A DNA stretch of 64,000 bases from contig CAMAPH010000004.1 in the NCBI GenBank assembly GCA_945859975.1, positions 83,212 to 147,211 of the forward strand, written 5' to 3'. Under the pieces are notes generated by a model that did no database searches, was not told the origin of the DNA, and saw nothing but the letters and a program-made list of their open reading frames with translations. Position numbers and translations under genes: made by a program. This DNA is from Chthonomonas calidirosea. Lineage in GTDB: Bacteria > Armatimonadota > Fimbriimonadia > Fimbriimonadales > Fimbriimonadaceae. Positions 45,005 to 55,042 of this stretch are shown here, piece by piece. Within the stretch, counting starts at the first letter, position 1. Each line of letters begins with the position of its first letter.

Positions 45005-48000
45005 TTAAGCCACCGGTAGGCTCTCGGTTGAACTTGGGTCGGCACCCACTGGGCCCGATTCAACGTCAACGTCAAATTCCGAGCGCCGTCCACGCAGCCG
45101 ACCGATCCAGTTGGACCAATCGTCGAAGATCGTGTAGGAACAAGGAATGACCAGTAGGGTCAAGAACGTCGAGAGCGTTACGCCACCGATGATGACGTAG
45201 CCCAGCGATTCGCGGAACTCAGATCCTCGACCAACCGCCAGTGCCGTGGGCAACAAGCCCAAGACCAAGGCGAGCGAGGTCATCATGATCGGTCGAAGTC
45301 GCGTCGGACCCGCTTCCAGGATCGCGTCCTCCCGCTGCCTTCCACGACCACGCAAGGTGTTCGTGTAGTCAACCAGCAGAATCGCGTTTTTACCGACCAA
45401 TCCGATCAGCGTCAGCAAGCCGATAAAGCCGATGAGGCTGAACTGCTTGTTAAAGATCATCAAAGCGACAAGCGCTCCAACGAACGCCTGCGGCTGAGCG
45501 ATTTGGATGATGAACGGATACAGCAGGTTCTCGTACAGCGAAGCCAGAACCATGTACACGAGCACCAGACCCAGGAGCAGCGCTCCCAGAAGGGCCGCCG
45601 ATTCTCGGTTCTGAGATTCAGCCTGCCCCAGCGGTCGAAGCGTAACCGTGGATGGGATTAGCTTTTCCTTTGCCATCCAAGCATTGATCTGCGACTGAAC
45701 CGTTCCGGCCGCGAAGCCAGGCAGCAAGTCCGCCGTAACCCGAATTTCTTCAGCCCGGTTTCGTCGCTCAATCTTGTCGGTACCGGTTCCTGGAACCAGA
45801 TTCGCAACGCCGCTGACGTAGATCGGCTCACCCTGGGTGAACTTCACCGGGATCGAGTTGAGCGTGTTCGGATCGTTTCGGTCCTCAAGGTCCAGCATCG
45901 TGCGGATCGAATACTCCCGACCCGCTTCTCGGTACTTGACCGTATCGTCGCCAGTGTAGGCAATTCGCAAAACCGACGCCAAATCGTTGACCGTCATGCC
46001 CGAGTCGGCAAGCCGAGTTCGGTCTGGTTCAGCCCGAAGCTCCGGCTTGCCGGGCTTGGACGAGATGTCGGGGTTGATGACTCCCGCAATGGCACCGCCT
46101 TGCAGGCCTCGCTTGATCTTCGAGACGACGTCCAAAATCTCTTCTCGGTTGTTCCCCGAGAACGACATTTGAATCGCCGATCCGGCACCAAAGCCATCCG
46201 ACTGAGCAACACGAATTTCTGCACCCGAGATTCGACCAACTTTCTGAATGATCTCTGCCGAGACTGCATCGGTGGACCGATCTCGAAGCGGTTCTTCGTG
46301 CTTCACCCAGAAGGCGAGCGTGTCCAGAATCGATTTCTTCTCATGGAGCGAAACCACGACCTGAGCGTAGTTGCCGCCCTGCGTTCCGGCCTGGAACTGG
46401 CTAACGCCCTGGGAACCAATGGTGGCGAGCATGTACTCGACTTCCGGAATGCCTTTGATCCTCTCTTCAACCAACGCGACAACTCGCTCGGTGGCTTCCA
46501 AGCTTCTGCCCGGCGGAAGCTGAATGTTAACGTTCAGTGATCCGGTGTCCGACGATGGGAAGAAGGAGAACTTGAACAATGGTTCGTCCTTCCACTGACC
46601 AATGTGGTAGCCGCCAAAGGCCGCGATCGGGAAGATCACACCGTAAGCAAGTCCGACCCAAAGGAAGTTCGAAGGCGCCAACTTGTAGTGCTTTTTCGAT
46701 CCCGAGTGCTGCATAAAGGCCCCGGCGGCTGCCGCGACGATGGTGCCGAGACCGAAGGCCAGGCCGGGAACCGGCAGCCCCTTGGCTGCCGCCCCAATAA
46801 CAACTGCGGCCGCCGAGCCGATGGCATAGCTTCCACCAATGCCCATCGCACCAACTTTCCAGTCGACCCGCTTAAAGGCTGAGATCATGTAAACGAACAA
46901 ACCTAAGAACCACGAAACAATCATGATCGGCAAGCCCGTCATCAGCGCCGCGGTTGCGCTCGGTTGATTGCTTCCCGCGATAAGCACGAAGACCGCAACC
47001 AGAACAAGGTTGCCCATGATGAACACGGGCCAGCGGTGATGCAGCGACCAACTTAGGGCCTTGCGATAGCCGCGCTCAAACGAGGCAAACCATCGGTCGA
47101 AGCTCTGAGCGAAGCGTCCACGCGGGTGCTCCATGTCTTCGCCGGCTTTGTACCAGCGCGAAGCTAGCATCGGCGTGAGCGTAAAGGATACGAACAGCGA
47201 GAACAGAACCGCCATGACGTAGCCGAGAGCAAGCGGTCGGAAGAACTGTCCGACAATGCCTCCAACAAACGCAAGCGGCAGGAAGACAACAACGTCCGCC
47301 AAGGTGATCGCGATGGCCGCAACGCCGATTTCTGCGCGACCGTTGATCGCCGCCTCGCGAGGGTCCTCGCCCATCTTCAAGTGACGATAGATGTTCTCAA
47401 GAACAACGATCGCATCGTCCACCAGAACCGCGATGGCTAGCGACAACGCCAACATGGAAAGGTTGTTGATCGTGAATCCAGCAATTCGGTAGGCCGCGAA
47501 CGTCGCGAACAAACAAACCGGAATCGCCAATGCAACGATTGCCGTTCCACGGAAGTCGTGAAGGAAGATGTAAACGATCAAGCTGACCAAGAAGATGCTG
47601 AAATACAGCGTCAGGTTAAGGTCATCAAGGCCTTCCTGAATCTTGATCGCTTGGTCTTGAGTCTTGACAAACTTAAGTCCAATCGCGGAGAACTCTTTTT
47701 CAAGGCCCGCGATAACGTCAGTAGATGCCTTCGAAATCTCGACTGCGTTACCCTCTCGGGCCTTCTGCAAAACGAGAACGATTGTGTCGGCGCCATCTAG
47801 GGTGGAGTAGGCGGATCGCTCTGCAACGGTGTCGCGAATCGTCGCAACATCCTTGAGCCGAATCAGCCGACCTTTGCCCTGAGGGTTATTGGGGTTCGAC
47901 TTGGAGAACTGAAGTTCTTCCAGTTCCTTGATGCTGGTGAACTCCCCCGGCACGCGGACGCTCACTTCTTGCTCGCCGGTAATGATCTTGCCCGACGGAA

Positions 48001-48640
48001 TGTTCAGCGTCGCCGCTTGGATAGCATTCTTAACTTCAAGAAGGCCGACGCCATATCGAATCAGTTGATCCTTCTTGATTTCAACCTGGAATTCACGAAC
48101 GTCGCCGCCCTGAACTCCAACTTCTGCAACGCCCGCAATTCGGGCAAACCGGTCCTTCAACTTGTCGTCGACAAGCGTTCGCAGGTCGCGGCCGTTTAGC
48201 CCGGTAGCCGAAAGAGCGTAGTACAAAATCGGCGTCGAAGACGTGTCAACCTTCGAGATCGTTGGTTTCTCAACGCTATCTGGAAGCTGGCCCGAAACCG
48301 AGTCAACCTTCGACCGAACTTCGTTCAGCGCGACGTCCACGTCGGTCGTGAGCTCAAGCTGGATGATAACCACTGATCGGCCTTCGACCGACGTACTGGT
48401 GACTTCTCGAATTCCGTTGACGCCCGAGACCGATTCTTCGATGGGTCGAGAGACCAGCGTGGCGACTTCGTCGGGGTTTGCGCCGGGATAGAGGGTCAAA
48501 ACCGTCAACGTGCCAAAGCTAACGTCTGGGTTTTGCTCTTTGCGCATTGCCTGGTAGCCGAGAAGCCCCATGGCGATCACGCCGATCATGATCATCAAGA
48601 TCAAGATCGGGCGCTGAATGGCGGTTTTTGTTAAGTTCAC
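45005..48640 (-). CDS. RND efflux transporter (AcrB/SwrC-like)
   Basis: VDDAIVVLEN, GKNAILLVD, RLRPIMMT; 1211 aa. Confidence 0.93.
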   Translation of the reverse strand: MNLTKTAIQRPILILMIMIGVIAMGLLGYQAMRKEQNPDVSFGTLTVLTLYPGANPDEVATLVSRPIEESVSGVNGIREVTSTSVEGRSVVIIQLELTTDVDVALNEVRSKVDSVSGQLPDSVEKPTISKVDTSSTPILYYALSATGLNGRDLRTLVDDKLKDRFARIAGVAEVGVQGGDVREFQVEIKKDQLIRYGVGLLEVKNAIQAATLNIPSGKIITGEQEVSVRVPGEFTSIKELEELQFSKSNPNNPQGKGRLIRLKDVATIRDTVAERSAYSTLDGADTIVLVLQKAREGNAVEISKASTDVIAGLEKEFSAIGLKFVKTQDQAIKIQEGLDDLNLTLYFSIFLVSLIVYIFLHDFRGTAIVALAIPVCLFATFAAYRIAGFTINNLSMLALSLAIAVLVDDAIVVLENIYRHLKMGEDPREAAINGRAEIGVAAIAITLADVVVFLPLAFVGGIVGQFFRPLALGYVMAVLFSLFVSFTLTPMLASRWYKAGEDMEHPRGRFAQSFDRWFASFERGYRKALSWSLHHRWPVFIMGNLVLVAVFVLIAGSNQPSATAALMTGLPIMIVSWFLGLFVYMISAFKRVDWKVGAMGIGGSYAIGSAAAVVIGAAAKGLPVPGLAFGLGTIVAAAAGAFMQHSGSKKHYKLAPSNFLWVGLAYGVIFPIAAFGGYHIGQWKDEPLFKFSFFPSSDTGSLNVNIQLPPGRSLEATERVVALVEERIKGIPEVEYMLATIGSQGVSQFQAGTQGGNYAQVVVSLHEKKSILDTLAFWVKHEEPLRDRSTDAVSAEIIQKVGRISGAEIRVAQSDGFGAGSAIQMSFSGNNREEILDVVSKIKRGLQGGAIAGVINPDISSKPGKPELRAEPDRTRLADSGMTVNDLASVLRIAYTGDDTVKYREAGREYSIRTMLDLEDRNDPNTLNSIPVKFTQGEPIYVSGVANLVPGTGTDKIERRNRAEEIRVTADLLPGFAAGTVQSQINAWMAKEKLIPSTVTLRPLGQAESQNRESAALLGALLLGLVLVYMVLASLYENLLYPFIIQIAQPQAFVGALVALMIFNKQFSLIGFIGLLTLIGLVGKNAILLVDYTNTLRGRGRQREDAILEAGPTRLRPIMMTSLALVLGLLPTALAVGRGSEFRESLGYVIIGGVTLSTFLTLLVIPCSYTIFDDWSNWIGRLRGRRSEFDVDVESGPVGADPSSTESLPVA

Positions 48641-50121
48641 GCTTTCGTCTCCTCTGTCACTTCTTTCGTTTCGCCCGGCTTCGCGTCAGTTCCGGCTTGA
48701 ACCTTTACTTTCGTGCCGTTATCCAGAGCCTCTTGCCCGCGAATAACAACTTCGGTGCCGGGCAGAACGCCCGAAACCTGAACGAGTTCGCCCTGCCGCA
48801 GCCCGCGGGTCACCGAGACTTGTTCGGCCGCCGAGTCGCGAATGGTAAAGACCACGTCTTTGCCGTCGCGCTTGACCACGGCGCTGTCGGGAACAACCGT
48901 AGCGCTCGGAATCGATCGAAGCAGTACCGAGCCTCGGGCAAACATTCCAGGCCGCAAGCTCGCGGTGGCGGCATCAAAAGCCACGCGGACGCTGAACTGC
49001 CGGCCGAACTCACTGCCCAGCGGGTTCACCGATTCGACTCGTCCCGGGAACTTGGCCCCGAGGGCATCGATGGTGATGGTGACCGTGGCACCAGAGATCA
49101 GCTTCGGAATAACTTGTTCCGGAACTTGCGCGGTGAAGTACGGCTTGCTCTGGCCGACGAGGTCCACGACCTTTCCGCCCGGCGCAAGCACCGATCCGGC
49201 CTGGGTTGGCTTTCCGGTGATCGTTCCAGCGAACGGAGCCTTCACCGTAGCATCGCCAATCTGCTGTTGAATCTGCTGGACAGATGCGCGTGCCGCATCG
49301 ACCTGAGCCTTGGAAGATCGGACCTGATCTAGAAGCAAGGAGTCGAGATCGCGTTGGACTTTAGAACTTCGAACGCTCGATTCGGCTTGGCTGACTGCCT
49401 CGCGAAGCGCCTGAATGTCTTCCTTTCGCGTACCTTCCCGCAATAGGTTGACCGACTGCTTTGCGCCATCGAACTGGGCTTGGGCGGCAGCAACCTGGTT
49501 GCGCTGGCTATCCAATCGGTTTGCGGCAACCGCACCTTCTGAAACGAGTTTTTGAACTCGCTCGAGCTCAAGCTTTTGCGTTTTTAAATTCTCGTCCGCC
49601 GAGCGAAGGGTCGCCTCCGCCTGTTCGATCTCTTGACCTCGTGGACCATTGATCGCCTTCTGGAGGTTCACGCGTGCTTGCCGTAACGCGGCTTCTGCCG
49701 TGCGAATCTGCGCCGAGGTCCGATCCGGAGTCATCGAGGCATTCTTGATCTGCTGCTGAAGCTGAGCTTCGGCGGAACGCAGGTTAGCGAGAGCTTGCGA
49801 CAACTGAGTCTGCAGTTGGCTGGTGTCCTGCACGGCAAGAATCTGCCCTTCCTTAACGACCGAGCCTTCCTGAACAAAAACGCTTACGATGCGGCCGCTA
49901 ATGCGCGCACCAACCGCGGTCGTGTCGCCAACATCAATGCTTCCGGTGACTTCGACAGACTCCGAAAGTGGCCGCGTTTGCGCGGACTGAACCGAAACCG
50001 CGATCAGCGGGTCGCTGACGATTTTTGCCGTTTCTTTGGCCGTCTTCTGCTCGTCGCGATTGACGCAGCCGGTCACGGTCAAAGCGACAAGGGCCATTGC
50101 TGCCAGGGTGATTTGCTTCAT
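48637..50121 (-). CDS. RND membrane fusion (periplasmic adaptor) lipoprotein
   Basis: Lipobox VTGC, lipoyl halves, long coiled hairpin, LRPGMF. Confidence 0.9.
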   Translation of the reverse strand: MKQITLAAMALVALTVTGCVNRDEQKTAKETAKIVSDPLIAVSVQSAQTRPLSESVEVTGSIDVGDTTAVGARISGRIVSVFVQEGSVVKEGQILAVQDTSQLQTQLSQALANLRSAEAQLQQQIKNASMTPDRTSAQIRTAEAALRQARVNLQKAINGPRGQEIEQAEATLRSADENLKTQKLELERVQKLVSEGAVAANRLDSQRNQVAAAQAQFDGAKQSVNLLREGTRKEDIQALREAVSQAESSVRSSKVQRDLDSLLLDQVRSSKAQVDAARASVQQIQQQIGDATVKAPFAGTITGKPTQAGSVLAPGGKVVDLVGQSKPYFTAQVPEQVIPKLISGATVTITIDALGAKFPGRVESVNPLGSEFGRQFSVRVAFDAATASLRPGMFARGSVLLRSIPSATVVPDSAVVKRDGKDVVFTIRDSAAEQVSVTRGLRQGELVQVSGVLPGTEVVIRGQEALDNGTKVKVQAGTDAKPGETKEVTEETKA

Positions 50122-51473
50122 TTACTTTCCTCTCGAACTAAAGTGGTTTGCCCAGACAACGGGGCGGGAGTGGCTGCTTCGGTTGCATCGAACCGGTCCT
50201 TTCCAATCGCTCGCTGCAGTTGGAAGTAGGCAAGGAGGGTGTCGTAGCGCGAGTTAACAACGTTGTTTCGGGCCTGGGTGAGTTGATTGATCGAGTCCAC
50301 GACCTCGACGTAAGTCCCTTCTCCCGCGTCTCGACGGACGACGGAGATGCGATAGACCTCTTCGGCAAGGCGCTCTTGATCGAGACCGTTCTTGAGGCGG
50401 GCCGAGGCGGTGTTGTAGTCGTTGAGCGCGTTCCGCACTTGCTGCGAAACGTTTAGCTTGAGCTGATCGAGCTGAATCTTTGCCGAAGCTTCATCCTGTC
50501 GCGCCGCTTTGACTCGAGATCGGGTGATGCCCTGATCGAAGATCGGAATGCTCAGCGTGAAAGTGCTGATGGTTTGGAAGGTTCGCGGATTGAGTCCAGT
50601 AGCGTTGAGGTTCCGCTGGTGGCTCATGTTGAAGTTCAGCGTCGGATCGTCGCCAGTTTCTTCCGATCGCCGAACGTCCTTAAACGCCAAGATCGTAGCC
50701 TCCGACCGCTTCACATCGGGTCGAGACTTAACGGCTAGGTCCACAAGCGCATCCGGGGCGGCCAACGTCGGCACGTCCACGCTCAGCGATTCCAACTCCG
50801 AGTCCGTTTCGATGGCCCGCGAAAGCACTTGATTGAGGCCATTCTTAGCATTCGCCAGATTGTTCTTGGCGCTTACCAAATCAGCTTCGGCTTGGGAAAC
50901 CTGCGCTTCGAATCGCGTTAGGTCAACTCTTGCCGCAGAATCCGCTTCAAACTGGCGCTTCGCTTGGTCCCGGCGGGCTTTCGAAAGTTCCAAAGCTTGT
51001 TCCGCGACCTTTACCTGCCCCTGTGCGCGCAAGACGGTGACGTAGCTCGACTTCACGCTCAGCCGTAGTTCGTTCAGAATCGCCTGCACGCCGTACTCTT
51101 GTGCAGTTAGGGTTCGGCGCTGGGCATCGATTTGCTTGCGGGCCGAACCAGCAATGTCGATGTCGTACGACAGCGACGCGGTGAGGTTCGTGGTGTTCAA
51201 TGGCTGAATCACCACGCTTTGCCCTGGCCCTAGTGACGCAACGTTTTCCTTGTCGAATCGAGTGTAAACGGTGTTCAAACCAAGGCGTGGGTTAAGCGCA
51301 GCCTTGGCTTGCATCAGCCGCTGCCGCTGGGACTCCACCGTGGTGCGCTGGATCAGAACGTCAAATGCGTTGGCTTCGGCGAGCGCCAGTGCTCGGTCTA
51401 GGCTGAGTGTCGAGGTCGATTGCGCGCTCAAGAGCGCGCCGACAGCCATTAGGCTAGACGTGATCATGCTCAT
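50118..51473 (-). CDS. TolC family outer-membrane efflux protein
   Basis: LSLDRAL, LSIPIFDQG, helical repeats; coupled to the MFP gene. Confidence 0.9.
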   Translation of the reverse strand: MSMITSSLMAVGALLSAQSTSTLSLDRALALAEANAFDVLIQRTTVESQRQRLMQAKAALNPRLGLNTVYTRFDKENVASLGPGQSVVIQPLNTTNLTASLSYDIDIAGSARKQIDAQRRTLTAQEYGVQAILNELRLSVKSSYVTVLRAQGQVKVAEQALELSKARRDQAKRQFEADSAARVDLTRFEAQVSQAEADLVSAKNNLANAKNGLNQVLSRAIETDSELESLSVDVPTLAAPDALVDLAVKSRPDVKRSEATILAFKDVRRSEETGDDPTLNFNMSHQRNLNATGLNPRTFQTISTFTLSIPIFDQGITRSRVKAARQDEASAKIQLDQLKLNVSQQVRNALNDYNTASARLKNGLDQERLAEEVYRISVVRRDAGEGTYVEVVDSINQLTQARNNVVNSRYDTLLAYFQLQRAIGKDRFDATEAATPAPLSGQTTLVREESK

Positions 51474-51799
51474 ATTCCTTCTTGCTCGGCCCCGTCTGCG
51501 GGTGCCGAATGTGTTGCGTCCTCTGGCAAAGGGCTCGCCGCTTGTTGCAGTTCCATTTGATCCAAAGTTCGGCTGAACTCCTCAAGGAACTGGCGTGCGT
51601 GACTGAGCTTAAACATCACGAGACCCTTTTGAACGGGGTGGCGCATGATCAGGATCTTGTCCCCTGGTTGCATGTCCATGGTGGCTCTGGCTTCTGCCGG
51701 AATCACCAATTGCCCTCGTTCTCCTAGGGTCGCGGTTCCGTAAAATGCCTCATCAAAATCACACATTGGTGAATCAGACTGAGATTTCATACTTTTCAT
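51470..51799 (-). CDS. AbrB/MazE/SpoVT family DNA-binding protein
   Basis: GERGQLVIPAEAR...PGD. Start could be 51799, 51790 or 51766. Confidence 0.82.
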   Translation of the reverse strand: MKSMKSQSDSPMCDFDEAFYGTATLGERGQLVIPAEARATMDMQPGDKILIMRHPVQKGLVMFKLSHARQFLEEFSRTLDQMELQQAASPLPEDATHSAPADGAEQEGI

Positions 51800-51848
51800 A
51801 CTCGACGCAGGAATGATACTACACGACAAATATGAAGGAAATAAGCAG

Positions 51849-51884
51849 AAAGGCCCGGGACTCCTCTCGGATTCCCGGGCCTTT
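51849..51884 (-). terminator. Probable intrinsic terminator downstream of rplU-rpmA
   Basis: AAAGGCCCGGGA / TCCCGGGCCTTT 12-bp stem, short T-rich tail. Confidence 0.7.
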
Positions 51885-51904
51885 CAAACTTGATGATGTT
51901 TTCT

Positions 51905-52162
51905 TTAGCTTTGCTGAGCGTAAACCGCGATGCGTCGCTTGCTCTCAGGTCCTTCAAAAGTGACGAACCCTTCGATGAGGGCAAAGATGGTGTGGTCTCG
52001 GCCCATACCAACGTTCGGACCAGGGTGGAACTGGGTTCCTCGCTGTCGAATGATGATGGTTCCCGCCTTAACGAGTTCTCCGCCGAATCGCTTGACCCCT
52101 AGTCGCTGCGAATGCGAATCGCGACCGTTTCGTGAGGAGCCTTGTCCTTTCTTGTGTGCCAT
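51905..52162 (-). CDS. rpmA: 50S ribosomal protein L27
   Basis: [16 protein letters not shown]...RQRGT. Confidence 0.98.
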   Translation of the reverse strand: MAHKKGQGSSRNGRDSHSQRLGVKRFGGELVKAGTIIIRQRGTQFHPGPNVGMGRDHTIFALIEGFVTFEGPESKRRIAVYAQQS

Positions 52163-52165
52163 GAA

Positions 52166-52480
52166 TTACTTGACCTCGATCCCTGTAACCTTGATCTGAG
52201 TCAGCGGCTGGCGGTGTCCCCAGCGCTTGCGCTCGTTCTTCTTCGGTTTGTAGTTAAAAGCGTTGATCTTAGGCGCTTTGGTCTGCTTGACGATTTCGAC
52301 CATCACCGAAGCTCCCTTGACGAACGGCGCACCCAACGTCGTAGAACTTCCGTCTACAACCATGAGAACGTCATTAAGTTCAATGGCGGTGCCAGCATCG
52401 CCCTCGATCTTGTCGACGACGATAATTTCATCTTGTGAGGCTCGGTATTGCTTGCCTCCGGTCTTTACGATCGCGTACAT
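52166..52480 (-). CDS. rplU: 50S ribosomal protein L21
   Basis: [12 protein letters not shown]...GHRQPLT. Confidence 0.98.
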   Translation of the reverse strand: MYAIVKTGGKQYRASQDEIIVVDKIEGDAGTAIELNDVLMVVDGSSTTLGAPFVKGASVMVEIVKQTKAPKINAFNYKPKKNERKRWGHRQPLTQIKVTGIEVK

Positions 52481-52633
52481 CATCAGTTCCAAACACCCCT
52501 AAGGGCGCAATTGGTAATGATGCCTCATCCGAGCACCAAAACGCAAGGTCTGCGAAACATTGGCAGTCCGGGTGCCCAAATATGCTATCCTCTTGGGTTC
52601 TAACGGGCCAAATTGGCTCAATGTAGATTTAGC

Positions 52634-53059
52634 ATGAGCGAAGAAATCAAGCAAGGACCTGCTGCTGGACTAGCAGCCGCGCTTCCTCGGATGGATAAAG
52701 ATGCCGATCCGAACGCGCGACCAAAGGGCAAACGTAAGCGAAAGGTGAGCTACCTGACGCTGAACAAGATTGAAACCGTGGACTACAAGGAAGTTAACAT
52801 CCTTCGAAAGTTCATCAACGATCGTGGCAAGATGCTTCCTGCCCGACAGTCCGGAAACACCGCCGCTCAGCAGCGAATGATTTCCACCGCCATTCGACGA
52901 GCTCGAGAAATGGCTCTGTTGCCGTTCGTTGTCACCGACATGACCAACGACCGACCAGCAATGCGACGATCCCGACGAGACGACCAGGCTCCAATGGATT
53001 CTGGAAACTCCCCCGTCGAGTCGACCGCAAAAGAAGCGACGCCAACCGAATCGGCCTAA
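52634..53059 (+). CDS. rpsR: 30S ribosomal protein S18 (no Zn-ribbon Cys; terminal extensions)
   Basis: VDYK...LRKFI..RGK.LP.R..G, AIRRAREMALLPF. Confidence 0.95.
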   Translation: MSEEIKQGPAAGLAAALPRMDKDADPNARPKGKRKRKVSYLTLNKIETVDYKEVNILRKFINDRGKMLPARQSGNTAAQQRMISTAIRRAREMALLPFVVTDMTNDRPAMRRSRRDDQAPMDSGNSPVESTAKEATPTESA

Positions 53060-54018
53060 ACGATTCCGCTTCGAAGAAGGTCCTTCAGGACCAAAACTCC
53101 GGCGAGATTCCCGTGCTCAAGCACAGGCATCTCGCCGATTCTCTTTGGATGGTTCTGAAACGCCTCAAGGGCGTCAATCGCCAGCACTTCAATATCAATC
53201 GTGCTCGGCATCCCGTTCACCATCTCGCTGGCCGTTCCGCCTTCGATGTTGCCGGTCCTCAGCAGATAGCGCCGAAGGTCCCCTTCGCTGATTAAGCCAA
53301 CCAAAGCATCGTTCTCGATCACGCAAGCCACCCCCATCCCGGCGGACGTCATTGCCTTTACGACTTCCATGCTCGTGGCTCCTGGCGACACGACCGCAAT
53401 CTCGTTTCGTGGCCGCATCACGTCGCGCACGCGCAGCAGCAACCGCTTCCCGAGCGAACCGCTCGGGTGAAGCCGCGCAAAGTCGTCTCGGCCAAAACCA
53501 CGGCGATCCATCACCGCCACCGCCAAGGCATCGCTCAATGCCAGCATCGTCGTGGTGCTCGTGGTCGGAGCAAGGTTGTTTGGACACGACTCCTCGCTAA
53601 CGAGGGTGACAAGCACTAAATCTGCCAAGCGAGCCGCACTGGAATCGGCGCGTCCCGTCACCAAAATCGACTTCGCCCCGAGCTCGCGAATCGGAGCAAA
53701 CAGCCGCACGATCTCATCTGTCTCGCCGCTGTGGCTGTAGAGCAGAACAACGTCGGAACGCGCGATCATCCCAAGGTCACCGTGAACTGCTTCCGCGGCG
53801 TGAAGAAAGAGCGACGGCGTGCCCGTGCTACTCAGCGTTCCGCTGGTCTTTCGCGCGATGTGACCGGATTTTCCGATCCCACACGTGATGACCCGTCCTG
53901 GACATTCGAGGACCATCTGCACCGCGAGGTTAAACCGGTCGTCCAGCTTGTCCGCGAGTTGGAGCAGGGCCTGGGCTTGGTGCAATAGCACGTCTCGCCC
54001 GATCGAGACAGAACTCAA
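53056..54018 (-). CDS. kdsD: Arabinose-5-phosphate isomerase (KpsF/GutQ, SIS plus CBS)
   Basis: GIGKSGHI, HGDLG, APTTST, HPSGSLG, CBS pair. TTG start overlaps the arginase stop. Confidence 0.9.
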   Translation of the reverse strand: MSSVSIGRDVLLHQAQALLQLADKLDDRFNLAVQMVLECPGRVITCGIGKSGHIARKTSGTLSSTGTPSLFLHAAEAVHGDLGMIARSDVVLLYSHSGETDEIVRLFAPIRELGAKSILVTGRADSSAARLADLVLVTLVSEESCPNNLAPTTSTTTMLALSDALAVAVMDRRGFGRDDFARLHPSGSLGKRLLLRVRDVMRPRNEIAVVSPGATSMEVVKAMTSAGMGVACVIENDALVGLISEGDLRRYLLRTGNIEGGTASEMVNGMPSTIDIEVLAIDALEAFQNHPKRIGEMPVLEHGNLAGVLVLKDLLRSGIV

Positions 54019-54983
54019 ACCGTGCCTACCCGAGCCGTAGCTTCGTGCGCTAAAAGATCGTTTCCGAGGATGGTTTTGCCGAAGAGGGAGGCGATCCATT
54101 CCACCGCCACTTGTGCGGTTTCATTGTTTCGGTCCACCAACGGGTTGGTTTCCACCAAGTCGACGCCAGCGAGTTGAACCTGAGCCACCCGCAAGGCTTC
54201 GTGCAGCAGTTCCGCTAGCAAATGCGCCTCTCGGTAAGTAAGACCACCGCGCACAGCGGTCCCCGTGCCTGGAGCAAGAATCGGATCAAGTGCATCGACG
54301 TCGAACGAAACCCACAAGTGGGTGCCCCGAAAGTCACTCAACCATCGCGTGATCATGCCGACACAGGCATCGACCCCGTAGCGGTCGACATCGTGCATCG
54401 TTACCGGAAGGCCATGCATGCGGTTCCGCTCGGAAACATCCACATCTCGAAGCCCAAACCATGCCGTTTTTGTTGCCTGCAATCTTGTCGGCCCGAGAAG
54501 ATCAAGGAGTTCCTGCCACTGGGCATCCACTTCGTTCTCCGCCTCGCTGGGAGTTCCCCAGAGCGCCGCAATGGGCATCCCATGAATGTTGCCGGTTGAG
54601 CTGGAACCAGGCGTGTTGACGTCCGCATGGGCATCGATCCACAGCACCGCCAAGTTTTCGCCGTAAGCTTCCAAAGCCGCACTCACCCCCGCTACTGCCA
54701 ATGTGTGCTCACCGCCGAGAACCACCGGCAATCGTCCGGCCGCTATCGAGCCAGAGACCTTTGCGCGCAACAGTCGAATGCATTCCAACAGGGGCTGAAA
54801 ACTGCGCATTCCCGGACCCGAAGTTGGGTTCAAGTCTACGGCCACGTCGCCGAGATCTTGTGCCGCCAAGCCTAAGCCCAAAAGGGCATCGGAGAGTCCC
54901 GCAAGCCGAATTGCTGCGGGCCCAAGGCGACTGCCTAAGCGCATTCCGCAAAGATCAAACGGCGCGCCAATGATGTCAACCAC
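54015..54983 (-). CDS. rocF: Arginase
   Basis: GGEHT, DAHAD, GNIHGMP, SFDVDALDP, APGTGT. Start set at GTG 54983 from a leaderless -10 box; ATG 54998 is an alternative. Confidence 0.9.
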   Translation of the reverse strand: MVDIIGAPFDLCGMRLGSRLGPAAIRLAGLSDALLGLGLAAQDLGDVAVDLNPTSGPGMRSFQPLLECIRLLRAKVSGSIAAGRLPVVLGGEHTLAVAGVSAALEAYGENLAVLWIDAHADVNTPGSSSTGNIHGMPIAALWGTPSEAENEVDAQWQELLDLLGPTRLQATKTAWFGLRDVDVSERNRMHGLPVTMHDVDRYGVDACVGMITRWLSDFRGTHLWVSFDVDALDPILAPGTGTAVRGGLTYREAHLLAELLHEALRVAQVQLAGVDLVETNPLVDRNNETAQVAVEWIASLFGKTILGNDLLAHEATARVGTV

Positions 54984-55042
54984 GTGCCGAGTGTACATTT
55001 CCGCTCCGGCGCGGCACCGGGACAACAAGTATCCTCTCTCTA

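Noticed and set aside
52493..52633. Ribosomal leader RNA or Zur box between rplU and rpsR
   Set aside because: No convincing structure or palindrome by eye; would need a covariance-model search.
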